42,652 nucleotides of DNA from Limisphaerales bacterium. GTDB taxonomy: Bacteria; Verrucomicrobiota; Verrucomicrobiia; Limisphaerales; JADJPG01. This document shows, in pieces, positions 9,620 to 19,415 of the stretch. The notes under the pieces are model-generated. The model worked only from the letters and a program-made list of their open reading frames with translations. It did no database searches and was not told the DNA's origin. Each line of letters opens with the position of its first letter. The first letter of the stretch is position 1. Made by a program: the position numbers and the translations under genes. The stretch is taken from positions 1 through 42,652 of the forward strand of contig JBDHQG010000001.1 of the NCBI GenBank assembly GCA_039806925.1, read 5' to 3'.

Positions 9620-10639
9620 TCAAGCCGCGACGGTCACCGTGTCCAGCTTCTCGATCTTCTTGCGGAGCTTGCGCAGCGCGACATTCTGAATCTGGCGGAT
9701 GCGTTCGCGCGTGACGCCGAATTTTTCGCCGACCTCCTCGAGCGTCTTCTCGCCCCCGCCATCCAGGCCGAAGCGATAGCGCAGGATCGTCATCTCGCGC
9801 GGATCGAGGATGCCGATGACCTCACGGACCATGTCAACGTTCGTCTTGTCCTCGAGATCCTGGTACGGCGACGTGGCGCGCTCGTCCGCGATCACGTCCG
9901 CGATGCGATTGCTCTCGTCGTCGCCCAGCGGCGCATCCAGCGACGCGGGACGAATCGCGGCGGTCTGCAGGTGACGCACCTGTTTCGCCGGAATGGCGAG
10001 CTCCTCGCCAATCTCCTCCGCGGTGGGTTCCCGGCCCAATTCCTCCTCGAGCCGCGTGGCGGCTTTCCGGATGTGCAGCAGCTTGTCGGTGGCGTGGACC
10101 GGAATACGGATGGTCTTCCCCTGATCCGAGAGCGCGCGGCGAATGGACTGCTTGATCCACCAGGCGGCATACGTGGAGAGCTTCGCGCCCTTGCGGGGAT
10201 CGAATTTCTCGACCGCGCGCATGAGCCCGATGTTGCCCTCGTTGATCAGGTCGAGCAGCGGCAGGCCGTAGTTCTCATAGTCCCGGGCGATCTTCACCAC
10301 GAGGCGCAGGTTCGCCTTGATCATGTGCTCGCGGGCCGCCGCGTCGCCGCGCTGAATGCGCCGCGCCAGCTGGATTTCTTCCTTCGGCGTGAGAAGCTTT
10401 GTCTGGCCGATCTCGCGCACGTAAAGATGAAATGCGCTGTCGCCGGTGTAGCCGCCCAGTTCCGTGGGCGTCGGTTCTGGGGCCGCGACCGGAGCCGGCG
10501 AGATGGCTGGCACCGGAGTCACCGGCACCGATGCCCGCTTCAGCTCGCGCTTGCGTCCGCGAACGAGGGTCTTTCGCGAATGCCGTTCAGCGCAATCCTT
10601 GCGCACCGTCTTTCCGCCGCGGTTTCGATTGGTTTTCAT
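9620..10639 (-). CDS. rpoD: RNA polymerase sigma-70 factor, RpoD/SigA family (compact, with a basic N-terminal tail)
   Basis: Conserved regions are readable: 1.2/2 (FHLYVREIG..LLTPKEE, ANLRLVVKIARDY, DLINEGNIGLMRAVEKFD, STYAAWWIKQSIRRAL), 3 (IRIPVH) and 4.2 (TLEEVGEKFGVTRERIRQIQNVALRKLR). Start chosen at ATG 10639 (MKTNRNRGG...). Confidence 0.9.
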   Translation of the reverse strand: MKTNRNRGGKTVRKDCAERHSRKTLVRGRKRELKRASVPVTPVPAISPAPVAAPEPTPTELGGYTGDSAFHLYVREIGQTKLLTPKEEIQLARRIQRGDAAAREHMIKANLRLVVKIARDYENYGLPLLDLINEGNIGLMRAVEKFDPRKGAKLSTYAAWWIKQSIRRALSDQGKTIRIPVHATDKLLHIRKAATRLEEELGREPTAEEIGEELAIPAKQVRHLQTAAIRPASLDAPLGDDESNRIADVIADERATSPYQDLEDKTNVDMVREVIGILDPREMTILRYRFGLDGGGEKTLEEVGEKFGVTRERIRQIQNVALRKLRKKIEKLDTVTVAA

Positions 10640-10673
10640 AGTTGCAACTGGGTTGGTCGGGCGATTCAGGAAA

Positions 10674-11027
10674 TCAGGCCGCAAGTTGGACCGCCAGGCG
10701 GCCACGGGATTGAATGCGGCACTGTTGTTCAAATTGCGTCCGGGCCGTGGAAAATTTCTCGCGAAGCAGCTCGGGCAAGGTGAGCAGCGGATAGGCGGTG
10801 GACCAGGCGAGCGAAGCGGATTCATCCGCAGCCCGACGGAGGCGGCTGGCCAGTTCCGCGTCGCCCACCGATTGCATCTGCTCGGCCAGCAGCCGGGTTT
10901 TCAACCTTTCCAAAGAATCCGGCTCCGGCGCGGCATGTGACGCGATTCCCCGCCGGCATCGGCCGCTTGCTGACGTAACTTGTTGCCTTCTCATGCTGTT
11001 TGCCATTTTTGCTGTCATCGTCGCCAT
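10674..11027 (-). CDS. Small hypothetical helical protein immediately upstream of the sigma factor gene
   Basis: 117-aa ORF with ATG start, ending 34 nt before the rpoD-like start. The C-terminal two thirds (LERLKTRLLAEQMQ...ESASLAWSTAYPLLTLPELLREKF) look protein-like. It shares a 14-bp upstream motif with tetR. An internal start is possible. Confidence 0.45.
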   Translation of the reverse strand: MATMTAKMANSMRRQQVTSASGRCRRGIASHAAPEPDSLERLKTRLLAEQMQSVGDAELASRLRRAADESASLAWSTAYPLLTLPELLREKFSTARTQFEQQCRIQSRGRLAVQLAA

Positions 11028-11041
11028 ATTAGACTGCGCCT

Positions 11042-11055
11042 AGTGAATACTTACT
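11042..11055 (-). promoter_or_regulatory. 14-bp motif AGTGAATACTTACT (copy 1), 14 nt upstream of the small-ORF start; candidate TetR operator or shared promoter element
   Basis: Identical to 11810-11823, at the same distance from a minus-strand ATG. It lies in a locally AT-rich stretch. The extended form GTGAATACTTACTCAC is partly palindromic (GTGA.TA..TA.TCAC). Confidence 0.5.
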
Positions 11056-11099
11056 CACCGGAATCGCACGAAAGTTGCGTTACAATTTTGTAAGGTAAA

Positions 11100-11795
11100 T
11101 CAGCGATCCTCGTTGAAAAACAGGCCGAGCGCCTTCGGGCTGTAATGCCGCTTGATGGCCTCGTCCTTCATGCCCAGCCCGCGCAGGGCGAACCACACCG
11201 CCTGCTGCACCAGTTCCTCGCGGCTTGCCTCGTAGTCCACCACCGGCTTTTTCGGCAGGTGCATCGTCGCGATCATCGTCGCAAGATGGTGCGCGAAGAG
11301 GAGGAGGTTCGGCTTGCTGACCGGACTGCCCACGAGATCCCCGGCCGCGGCGGCGGCGTCCATGCACTCCACGATCCGCGAAAGATTCTCCGCGAACCGG
11401 TTGTGGAAAAGAAACCGGCTGAACGATCCATCTTCCAGGCAACTGTTCAGAATCATGCGGTGCCGCGTCTCGGCGCAGATGGTTTCCTTGCCGCGCCCGA
11501 CGATGTTCACGCGCATGATGTAGTAAACGATGTACACCAGCGTGGGTGTCGACGGCTCCAGATCGATGAGCTTCTGCAATCCGGGATCGCAGCCCTTGCA
11601 TCCGAAAGTCTGGATCTCCGCGTAGAGCGATTCCTTGCTCGGGAAATGTTTGTAGAGGAGTGCCTCGGAAACCCCGGCGGCCTTCGCCAGCTCGCGCGTC
11701 GTGGTGTTGGCAAATCCGTTGCGGGCAAAAATCGGAAGCACCGCCTTCACGATGGCTTCCTTCCGTTCTTCACAGCTTAACCGTTGCGTCCGCAT
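11100..11795 (-). CDS. TetR/AcrR-family transcriptional regulator
   Basis: The N-terminal HTH segment EERKEAIVKAVLPIFARNGFANTTTRELAKAAGVSEALLYKHFPSKESLY is a canonical TetR_N domain. Confidence 0.92.
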   Translation of the reverse strand: MRTQRLSCEERKEAIVKAVLPIFARNGFANTTTRELAKAAGVSEALLYKHFPSKESLYAEIQTFGCKGCDPGLQKLIDLEPSTPTLVYIVYYIMRVNIVGRGKETICAETRHRMILNSCLEDGSFSRFLFHNRFAENLSRIVECMDAAAAAGDLVGSPVSKPNLLLFAHHLATMIATMHLPKKPVVDYEASREELVQQAVWFALRGLGMKDEAIKRHYSPKALGLFFNEDR

Positions 11796-11809
11796 GTGAG
11801 ATGAAAGTG

Positions 11810-11823
11810 AGTGAATACTTACT
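11810..11823 (-). promoter_or_regulatory. 14-bp motif AGTGAATACTTACT (copy 2), 14 nt upstream of the tetR start; candidate autoregulatory operator
   Basis: Exact repeat of 11042-11055 with identical spacing to the start codon. Confidence 0.5.
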
Positions 11824-11879
11824 TTCTGTCAACGGAGAATTTTGAGAGGGCCTGGAAGCGGGAAGTGAACGCCGTCGGC

Positions 11880-12584
11880 TCATTGCAGCGTCGCGAGAAT
11901 CTTCTCCGCGGCGGCACGCGGATTTTCAGCGGCGTAAATCGGGCGGCCGATCACCAGCCAGCTCGCGCCGGCAGCCATCGCCTCGGGCGCGCTGAGCGTG
12001 CGCTTCTGATCGCCTGCGGCATCGCCGGGACCGCGGATGCCAGGCGTCACGAGCTGCATGGAGGCGGGCAACAGCTGACGGAGCGCAGCCAGCTCCAGCG
12101 GAGAGCAGACGAGCCCGCGCAATCCGGAACTGGCGGCGAGGGAAGCGAGACGTTCCACCTGCTTGCCGGGATTTGGCGGCAGGCCGACGGAGGCGAGTTC
12201 GTTGCCGTCCATGCTGGTCAACACGGTGACGCCGAGCACGAGAGGAACGGGGCGGTTCAGCGACTTCGCGGTTTCCTGCGCGGACGCCTCGGCGGCGCGC
12301 ATCATCTCCGGTCCACCGCCGGTGTGGATGGTGAGCATCTGGACGTCGAGTCGCGTGGCGGCGGCGACGGCTTTGGCGACGGTGTTCGGGATGTCGTGAA
12401 ACTTGAGATCGAGAAAGACGGAGGCGCCCGTCGCACGGATGCGGCGAACGATGTCCGGCCCGCCGCTGGTGAAGAGCTCGCTGCCGATCTTGAAGGCGCC
12501 GACGGCGGGCGCGACTTGTTCGGCGAGCGCGAGCGCCTTCTCCACGCTGGGAACATCCAGGGCGACGATGATCGGATTCGACAT
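11880..12584 (-). CDS. pyrF: Orotidine 5'-phosphate decarboxylase
   Basis: IIVALDV, FKIGSELF and FLDLKFHDIPNTV are the PyrF active-site motifs. Length is 234 aa. Confidence 0.93.
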   Translation of the reverse strand: MSNPIIVALDVPSVEKALALAEQVAPAVGAFKIGSELFTSGGPDIVRRIRATGASVFLDLKFHDIPNTVAKAVAAATRLDVQMLTIHTGGGPEMMRAAEASAQETAKSLNRPVPLVLGVTVLTSMDGNELASVGLPPNPGKQVERLASLAASSGLRGLVCSPLELAALRQLLPASMQLVTPGIRGPGDAAGDQKRTLSAPEAMAAGASWLVIGRPIYAAENPRAAAEKILATLQ

Positions 12585-12652
12585 GCGGGCGAGAGTGAAG
12601 AAACGCGGCGAGACGGAAAAGAATTATCGTGCGCTGGCACCAGCGCCGAGCA

Positions 12653-13231
12653 TCACGCCTTGCGACGGAGGAAGCGCATCATCGAATCGCCGTGCTTCAT
12701 CTCCTTCACCTCTTCCCAGGCGGGCGTGATGGTGACGGTGTCGCGGCGCGTGTGGCCGAGCACGAACAGTCCGTCCGGCGCGAGCAGTGACGGCAATTGC
12801 TCCTCATCGAGGAGCTCCTGCGACATGGAGGTGGAACGCTTGCCGACGTTCTTTTCGCCAAACGGCGGGTCGGCCATGATCAAATCAAACTGCGCGCCGG
12901 ACGCGGCGAGCTGGGGTATGGCGCTGAAGACATCTTGAAGCCGGAGGTGAAATTTCCCGGCTCCTATTCCTGTGGCTGTGAAGTTCTGTTCGATGAACCG
13001 CGCGTGCTTGCGGGAAAGCTCGATGCACGTCGCGGAGGCTGCGCCGCGGCTGAGGCATTCAAGGCTGAGCGCGCCGGTGCCACCGAAGAGTTCCAACACG
13101 CGGGCGTTGACCACGCAATCGCCAAGACTGTTGAAGATCGCCTGGCGGACGAGGTCCGGTGTTGGCCGAACGCCGAAGCCTTCGGGAGTCTTCAAGATCA
13201 GTCCCGCCGCTGTTCCGCCGATGATGCGCAT
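12653..13231 (-). CDS. rsmD: 16S rRNA (guanine966-N2)-methyltransferase RsmD-like
   Basis: The ATG at 13231 gives MRIIGGTAAGLILKTPEGFGVRPTPDLVRQAIFNSLG, followed by LELFGGTGALSLECLSRGA and DLIMADPPF (the DPPF/Y methyltransferase motif). Confidence 0.85.
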   Translation of the reverse strand: MRIIGGTAAGLILKTPEGFGVRPTPDLVRQAIFNSLGDCVVNARVLELFGGTGALSLECLSRGAASATCIELSRKHARFIEQNFTATGIGAGKFHLRLQDVFSAIPQLAASGAQFDLIMADPPFGEKNVGKRSTSMSQELLDEEQLPSLLAPDGLFVLGHTRRDTVTITPAWEEVKEMKHGDSMMRFLRRKA

Positions 13232-13311
13232 GTTTGGTTTGCTGAGATGACGTGACGAGTGTCGTGGAGATGCCAGCGTTTCGCGAGCATGTTTCGGTTT
13301 CGTCGATACAG

Positions 13312-13351
13312 CCGAAAGCAAAACGGCGGCTCTCTTGCGAAAGCCGCCGTT
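13312..13351 (-). terminator. Intrinsic terminator downstream of gap
   Basis: 10-bp stem aacggcggct (13322-13331) with agccgccgtt (13342-13351). On the minus strand it is followed by ttttgctttcgg. Confidence 0.6.
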
Positions 13352-13368
13352 GCTGAAAACTTCGAGAC

Positions 13369-14439
<1,071 letters not shown>

Positions 14440-14591
14440 TTACTAAAAGTTAGGCGCGCGATGTTACCCGTGAACCCCCGACCGTCAACGATGATTTCCG
14501 GCGTCGTCGCGCAATTTTCCACGGCATTTCCCGGCCAGCCATGACGAAACTTCCCGCTTCATCTGGGCAGGTGTGCAGGCTACAAACCGCC

Positions 14592-15233
14592 ATGCTCAAA
14601 TGTTCCACCTCCCTGTGGTCGGCCGACCTCGGCAACCTCGCCGCCGAGATGAAACGCGTCGAGCCCTTCTCCGAACGCTGGCACCTCGACGTCGCCGACG
14701 GCCATTATGTGAAGAACCTCCTGTTCTTCCCGGATCTCATCGCCCAGCTCCGTCGGCATTCCGCCAAGCCGTTCGAGGTCCATCTCATGGTCACCGATCC
14801 ACTCGGCTGGATCGATCCGTTCGTCGAGGCCGGCGCGGACATCATCCTGTTCTGCTTCGATTCGGTGAAGAACCCCGGCGACGTGCTCAAGACCATCAAG
14901 GCGCGCGGCAAAAAAGCCGGCGTCTCGCTCCTCATCACCGAATCAATCGATGTGCTCGAACCGCACTGGAACGACCTCGACGTGCTCTGCATCGTCGGCA
15001 CCGCCATGGGCATCAAGGGCGCCAGCATGGACGCCGGCATCCCCGGCAAGATCCGGCGCGCTCGCGACATCATCCGGCAACGCAATTTGAAGACGGAGAT
15101 CGAAGCCGATGGCGGCATCCGGCGCGAAACCGTGCCGCTGCTCAAGGCCGCCGGCGCCGACTACATCGTGCCCGGCTCGCTGATGTTCAAGGAAGACCCG
15201 CCGCAGATGCGCCAGTGGCTCGCCTCGCTGTGA
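14592..15233 (+). CDS. rpe: Ribulose-phosphate 3-epimerase
   Basis: LDVADGHYV, EVHLMV, GTAMG and EADGGI are Rpe motifs. ATG 14592 is preferred; ATG 14541 is an alternative start. Confidence 0.88.
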   Translation: MLKCSTSLWSADLGNLAAEMKRVEPFSERWHLDVADGHYVKNLLFFPDLIAQLRRHSAKPFEVHLMVTDPLGWIDPFVEAGADIILFCFDSVKNPGDVLKTIKARGKKAGVSLLITESIDVLEPHWNDLDVLCIVGTAMGIKGASMDAGIPGKIRRARDIIRQRNLKTEIEADGGIRRETVPLLKAAGADYIVPGSLMFKEDPPQMRQWLASL

Positions 15234-15243
15234 GTTGCCTCGC

Positions 15244-16170
15244 ATGAAACCGCGCTTCGATGTCCTGGGACTCGGCAGTACGGCGGTGGACGACATTCTC
15301 TACGTCCCCGCTTATCCGCCCGCAGATGCGAAGGTCGAAGTGCGCCAGCGCGAACGCCATTGCGGCGGACTGACGGCCACCGCGCTCGTCGCCGCATCTC
15401 GACTCGGCGCCACGGCCGCGTTTGCGGGAACGCTTGGCTCCGACCCGGAATCGCAGTTCGTCCTCCACGCTTTCACACGGGAAAGGGTAAACACGCGCCA
15501 CGTCGTGCGACGCGACGGGGCCGGGCCGGTGCGTTCCGTGATCGTGGTCGATGAAGCGCGTCGCACGCGAAACATTTTCTACGACACCAAACACGCCCTC
15601 GGCGCGCATCCCACCAGGCCGGACGCGAGCGTGATCCAGTCCGCCCGCGTGCTGCTCGTGGATCGCTTCGGCATCCCCGGGATGATTCGCGCCGCGCGCA
15701 TCGCCCGGGCCGCGAAGATTCCCGTGGTGGCTGACTTCGAGAGCAGCCATATGCCGCGCTTCCCTGAACTGCTCGCGCTCGTCGATCACCCGATTCTGTC
15801 TGAGAAATTCGCGTGCAGAATCACGCGGACGAAAACCGCCGCCGCCGCGGCCAAAGCCCTCTGGAACGAGAATCGCGCGGTCATTGTGATCACCTGCGGC
15901 GCGCGTGGCTGCTGGTATCTGGCCGATGGACAATTCACCCCGCGCCATCTTCCGGCCTTCAACGTCGAGGCCCGGGACACCACCGGCTGTGGCGACGTCT
16001 TTCACGGTGCCTATGCCGCCGCGCTGGCTCGCGGGATGGGTTTGGCGGATCGACTGCGCTGGGCGTCCGCGTCCGCGGCACTGAAAGCCACGACGCACGG
16101 CGGTCAGGCGGGAATTCCGAACGCGACCCAAGTAAAACGTTTTCTCGCCTCGCAGCGGAGCCGGGTTTGA
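15244..16170 (+). CDS. PfkB-family carbohydrate kinase (ribokinase-like)
   Basis: VLGLGSTAVDDI at the N-terminus and DTTGCGDVFHGAYAAALARG (PfkB signature 2). Substrate unknown. Confidence 0.85.
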   Translation: MKPRFDVLGLGSTAVDDILYVPAYPPADAKVEVRQRERHCGGLTATALVAASRLGATAAFAGTLGSDPESQFVLHAFTRERVNTRHVVRRDGAGPVRSVIVVDEARRTRNIFYDTKHALGAHPTRPDASVIQSARVLLVDRFGIPGMIRAARIARAAKIPVVADFESSHMPRFPELLALVDHPILSEKFACRITRTKTAAAAAKALWNENRAVIVITCGARGCWYLADGQFTPRHLPAFNVEARDTTGCGDVFHGAYAAALARGMGLADRLRWASASAALKATTHGGQAGIPNATQVKRFLASQRSRV

Positions 16171-16179
16171 AACTGGTTG

Positions 16180-16302
16180 TTGGAACCACGAAATACACGA
16201 AGGCCACGAAAGCCGGCCACCTTTGCCACTTTTAATTCATCAAACGTCCGTTGCGTCGGTTGTTCACATGTCGATTGGCTTTCGTGTATTTCGTGGTTCC
16301 AA
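16180..16302. repeat. Perfect 22-bp inverted repeat TTGGAACCACGAAATACACGAA (16180-16201 / 16281-16302) with a 79-bp spacer
   Basis: Read directly: the arms are exact reverse complements. It lies in the 195-bp gap between the kinase gene and the zinc-ribbon gene. Track ORFs crossing it (TKYTKATK / FVYFVV) are artefacts. Confidence 0.85.
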
Positions 16303-16365
16303 GTCTGTCCTCAGGCCCAACTTGGAAGATTCGGCGGAGTTTGGAATCGAAGAAACGCCGCCGCC

Positions 16366-17112
16366 ATGCGAGGCTTGCGCACGATGATTGCCCGGACCCT
16401 CCACTGCTACAGTTGCGGCGCGGCCGTTTCGAGTGACAAACCGAAGTGCGATCACTGCGGCGCGCGGCTGGCCACCGTTTCGTGTCCGACTTGCTTCGGC
16501 ATGATGTTTCAGGGATCGAAGTTTTGCCCGCACTGCGGCGGTGCTGCGGCGACATGGCAGGGCAAAAATTCCAAACGCCCCTGTCCCGCCTGCCAGACCT
16601 CCATGCTCAAGGGCGACCTGCACGGCATCCCGCTCCACGAATGCACCAAATGTCTCGGGCTCTGGCTCGACACGACGACATTTGAACGCATCTGCCGCGA
16701 CGCCGAACAGCAGGCGTCCGTGCTTGGCACCACCCGCGCGCTGGGTGCCGCGAATTCGATCGCCGCCGTCCGTTACCTGCGCTGCCCGCACTGCCGCGAC
16801 TTCATGAATCGCGTCAATTTCGCGCGCTGCTCGGGAGTCATCGTGGATGTCTGCCGAACACACGGAACGTGGTTCGATGTGAACGAACTTCATCGCATCG
16901 TGCAGTTCATCCGCGAGGGCAGCATGACGCGGTCACGCGAAAGGGAAAAGGCGGATTTGGCGGAGGAACGGCGGCGCACGAAAGAAGCACGGCTGGCTCC
17001 GGAGCTGATGAAGACCACCGCGACTTATGCCGGTTTTCAAGGCTACAGCTTGCTGGCCGATGTCGTGGTCGCCTCGGCCGATCTGCTGACCTCCTTTCTC
17101 GATGGCAATTGA
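16366..17112 (+). CDS. Zinc-ribbon protein (N-terminal double zinc ribbon plus two TFIIB-type zinc-finger modules)
   Basis: Cys pairs are CYSCG..CDHCG, CPTC..CPHCG, CPAC..CTKCLGLWLD and CPHC..CRTHGTWFD. ATG 16366 or 16384; the long upstream extension crosses the inverted repeat and is rejected. Confidence 0.7.
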   Translation: MRGLRTMIARTLHCYSCGAAVSSDKPKCDHCGARLATVSCPTCFGMMFQGSKFCPHCGGAAATWQGKNSKRPCPACQTSMLKGDLHGIPLHECTKCLGLWLDTTTFERICRDAEQQASVLGTTRALGAANSIAAVRYLRCPHCRDFMNRVNFARCSGVIVDVCRTHGTWFDVNELHRIVQFIREGSMTRSREREKADLAEERRRTKEARLAPELMKTTATYAGFQGYSLLADVVVASADLLTSFLDGN

Positions 17113-17134
17113 TGAAACCAAGGACTGACCCCGA

Positions 17135-18478
17135 ATGAATGATCTCGAATCCGCGCTCGCCACCGTTCCGGTCTTTGACATTCACACGCATCTCGTCGGC
17201 GGAAAACTGGGCGCGCGCGGACTGCATGACGTGCTGCTCTACCACATGGTCGTCAGCGACCTGTATTCCGCGGGCTGCCCGAGCGGAGCGCGGCTGACAC
17301 AATACCCCGGCTGGCCGGACGAAGCCGAAGCTCATGCGCGCATCGAAGAAGCGCTCCCCTTTCTCCCGCATATCCAGAACACCAGTTCGTGGTGGGGCGT
17401 GCGAATCATCCTCAAGGATCTCTACCAGTGGCGCGAACCGATCACATGTGACAACTGGCATCGGCTCGATTCGATCATTCGCGAACGCGCTGATGATCGC
17501 GCCTGGCATCATTCAATTCTCGACCGCCTGAACATCCGGCGCACGGGAACCGAGATTGCCCGTCGCGGTCACGGCGAGGACGACGCGCGTCTGCAATACG
17601 CCCTCGAGTGGGGATTCTTCACGCGCTGCCAGTGGGGCGAATTCGACACGGCGCTCTACGAACTGGAACGCTGCTGGGGCCGCACGCCGGAAAGCCCGTC
17701 GCCCATTGGTTCCGGTGGCCGGCCGAAAACCGAATGCACGATTCGGACGCTGGCCGATGTCCACGCCGCCGTGCAGCATTACGTCGGTGCGATTCCATAC
17801 GCGCAAGTGCTCGCCACCGCGACGCACCTTTCCACGGACATCGATTACCGCGTTGTGAGCGATGCGGAGATGGAATCCGCGCTGGCGCGTCGGGCACAGG
17901 CCGGCGAGCGCGAACGCGACATCTACGCCAGCTACGTGAATGAACTCTTCCTCACCGAACTGGAGAAGCACGGGAACGAGATTGTGTTCCAGTTCAGCTT
18001 CGGCGCGGAGCCGCTGCCGTTTGAAACCGGCAGCCGCCTCAATCAGCGCAGCATTTCACAGCTCGCCGAGATGATCGCGCGCCATCCGAAGCTGCGCTTT
18101 CAATGTTTCCTGTCGAGCCGTCACGCGAACCAATCCCTCTGCACCCTCGCGCGCGAACTGCCGAACTTCAGCCTCGCTGGTTACTGGTGGCACAATTTTT
18201 TCCCCGACACGATTCGCCAGGTCATGACCGAGCGGCTCGACATGTTGCCGGCCAACAAGCAGGTGGGATTCTTCAGCGACGCGTATTGCGTCGAATGGGT
18301 CTACGCCAAGGCGATACTCGTGCGCAAACAACTCGCCCGCGTGCTGGCGGACAAAGTCGCGCAAGGCCAGTACGCGGACACGGAAGCGCTGGAGATCGCG
18401 CGGCGCATCCTGTTCGACACGCCGCAGGCGCTGCTCGGCATGAAGCCGCGCGTCACTTCTTCGCCGGCATCGGCTTGA
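17135..18478 (+). CDS. Amidohydrolase-fold protein, distantly uronate-isomerase (UxaC)-like
   Basis: The N-terminal metal motif FDIHTHL and the C-terminal AGYWWHNFFP ... GFFSDAY parallel the UxaC motifs DYHCHL, GSGWWFND and GMLTDSRSF. Assignment is from memory. Confidence 0.55.
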   Translation: MNDLESALATVPVFDIHTHLVGGKLGARGLHDVLLYHMVVSDLYSAGCPSGARLTQYPGWPDEAEAHARIEEALPFLPHIQNTSSWWGVRIILKDLYQWREPITCDNWHRLDSIIRERADDRAWHHSILDRLNIRRTGTEIARRGHGEDDARLQYALEWGFFTRCQWGEFDTALYELERCWGRTPESPSPIGSGGRPKTECTIRTLADVHAAVQHYVGAIPYAQVLATATHLSTDIDYRVVSDAEMESALARRAQAGERERDIYASYVNELFLTELEKHGNEIVFQFSFGAEPLPFETGSRLNQRSISQLAEMIARHPKLRFQCFLSSRHANQSLCTLARELPNFSLAGYWWHNFFPDTIRQVMTERLDMLPANKQVGFFSDAYCVEWVYAKAILVRKQLARVLADKVAQGQYADTEALEIARRILFDTPQALLGMKPRVTSSPASA

Positions 18479-19145
18479 GCACCTTCACCGGCTCCGGCGT
18501 CTTGTAATGCCGCTTCAAACCGAGGTCGCCCAACATGCCGCTCGGCGCGCGGGAGATGAACTCGGGAAAGCTGCGCTCCACGCGATCCCGAATCAGTTTC
18601 TGGCCCGTCTTTGACGCCCAGAAATCGTCCTCGATCTTCGTCAGCGCGATGCCCGCTTCCTCGGGCGTCATGTTCTCGCGCTTGGCCAGCATCCAGACCA
18701 GTTCCTGATCCCCGGGCAACGCCACCGGGAACGGCACGAACTTCAGCGTGATCTCCTGCTCATCGCCCGCTTCGGGCGCGAGCGGGCGGACTTTGATTTC
18801 GCTGGTGAACTGGTTGCCGTCCGGCAAGGACACCTCCACGGAAAGAGTCTTCTCCTTCTTGTTCGGCTTGATGATCACGTCGCCGTCCGAAAACGTCTCG
18901 TTGAACTGCTTCTGCACGTTCATCACCGTCTGCGGCTCGAGATCGGGCAGCTCGACCTTCTCGCAAAATTTCTCGAATGACTTCACGCGGTTCTTCGACT
19001 GCAGCTCCTGCTCCACCGCCTTGTAAATCACGCCGGCCAGCTTGGGATCGTGCGTGGCCTTCGGCAGCACGCGCTTCAACAGGTCCAGCAGCTGCGCATC
19101 CGTCGACTTCTTGCTCTCTTTCTTTTCCTTCGTCTCTTTCTTCAT
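18453..19145 (-). CDS. Hypothetical Lys/Glu-rich protein
   Basis: 230-aa ORF with ATG start, GC-rich third codon positions and no long competing ORF. Its 3' end overlaps the convergent gene by 26 nt. No family recognised. Confidence 0.6.
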   Translation of the reverse strand: MKKETKEKKESKKSTDAQLLDLLKRVLPKATHDPKLAGVIYKAVEQELQSKNRVKSFEKFCEKVELPDLEPQTVMNVQKQFNETFSDGDVIIKPNKKEKTLSVEVSLPDGNQFTSEIKVRPLAPEAGDEQEITLKFVPFPVALPGDQELVWMLAKRENMTPEEAGIALTKIEDDFWASKTGQKLIRDRVERSFPEFISRAPSGMLGDLGLKRHYKTPEPVKVLKPMPAKK

Positions 19146-19346
19146 GGATCAAATGTTTGTTTTGAAATTGGGCGCGCTGTTGTGCGGGATTTCTTCCGCA
19201 AGCGCAACTGGGAACTGCACGAGCCGAATCGATCACTCGCGGAACCTGGCTGGACCGGGGCCGGCGGACCGGCCACCTGCGGTTCGGCAGACTGCCAGTT
19301 CGTGGTGCGAATTGGGTCCACGCGTCCCGCGCATCTCAAGCGAAGC

Positions 19347-19382
19347 GGGGTTCCCGGGCGCTGGCGCGCCGCAGGGAACCCC
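19347..19382 (-). terminator. Hairpin downstream of the 5-repeat protein gene (possible terminator)
   Basis: 9-bp stem ggggttccc / gggaacccc with an 18-nt loop, 34 nt past the stop at 19416. There is no clear U-tract. Confidence 0.35.
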
Positions 19383-19415
19383 GCCGGAACGTGAGACCGA
19401 GCCTTGTCGAATGGT

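Noticed and set aside
19347-19382. GTTCC ... GGAAC arms in the hairpin downstream of the 5-repeat gene as another activator binding site
   Set aside because: The spacer is 19 nt instead of 6, and the site lies at a gene 3' end with no -24/-12 element. It is more simply a terminator-like hairpin.
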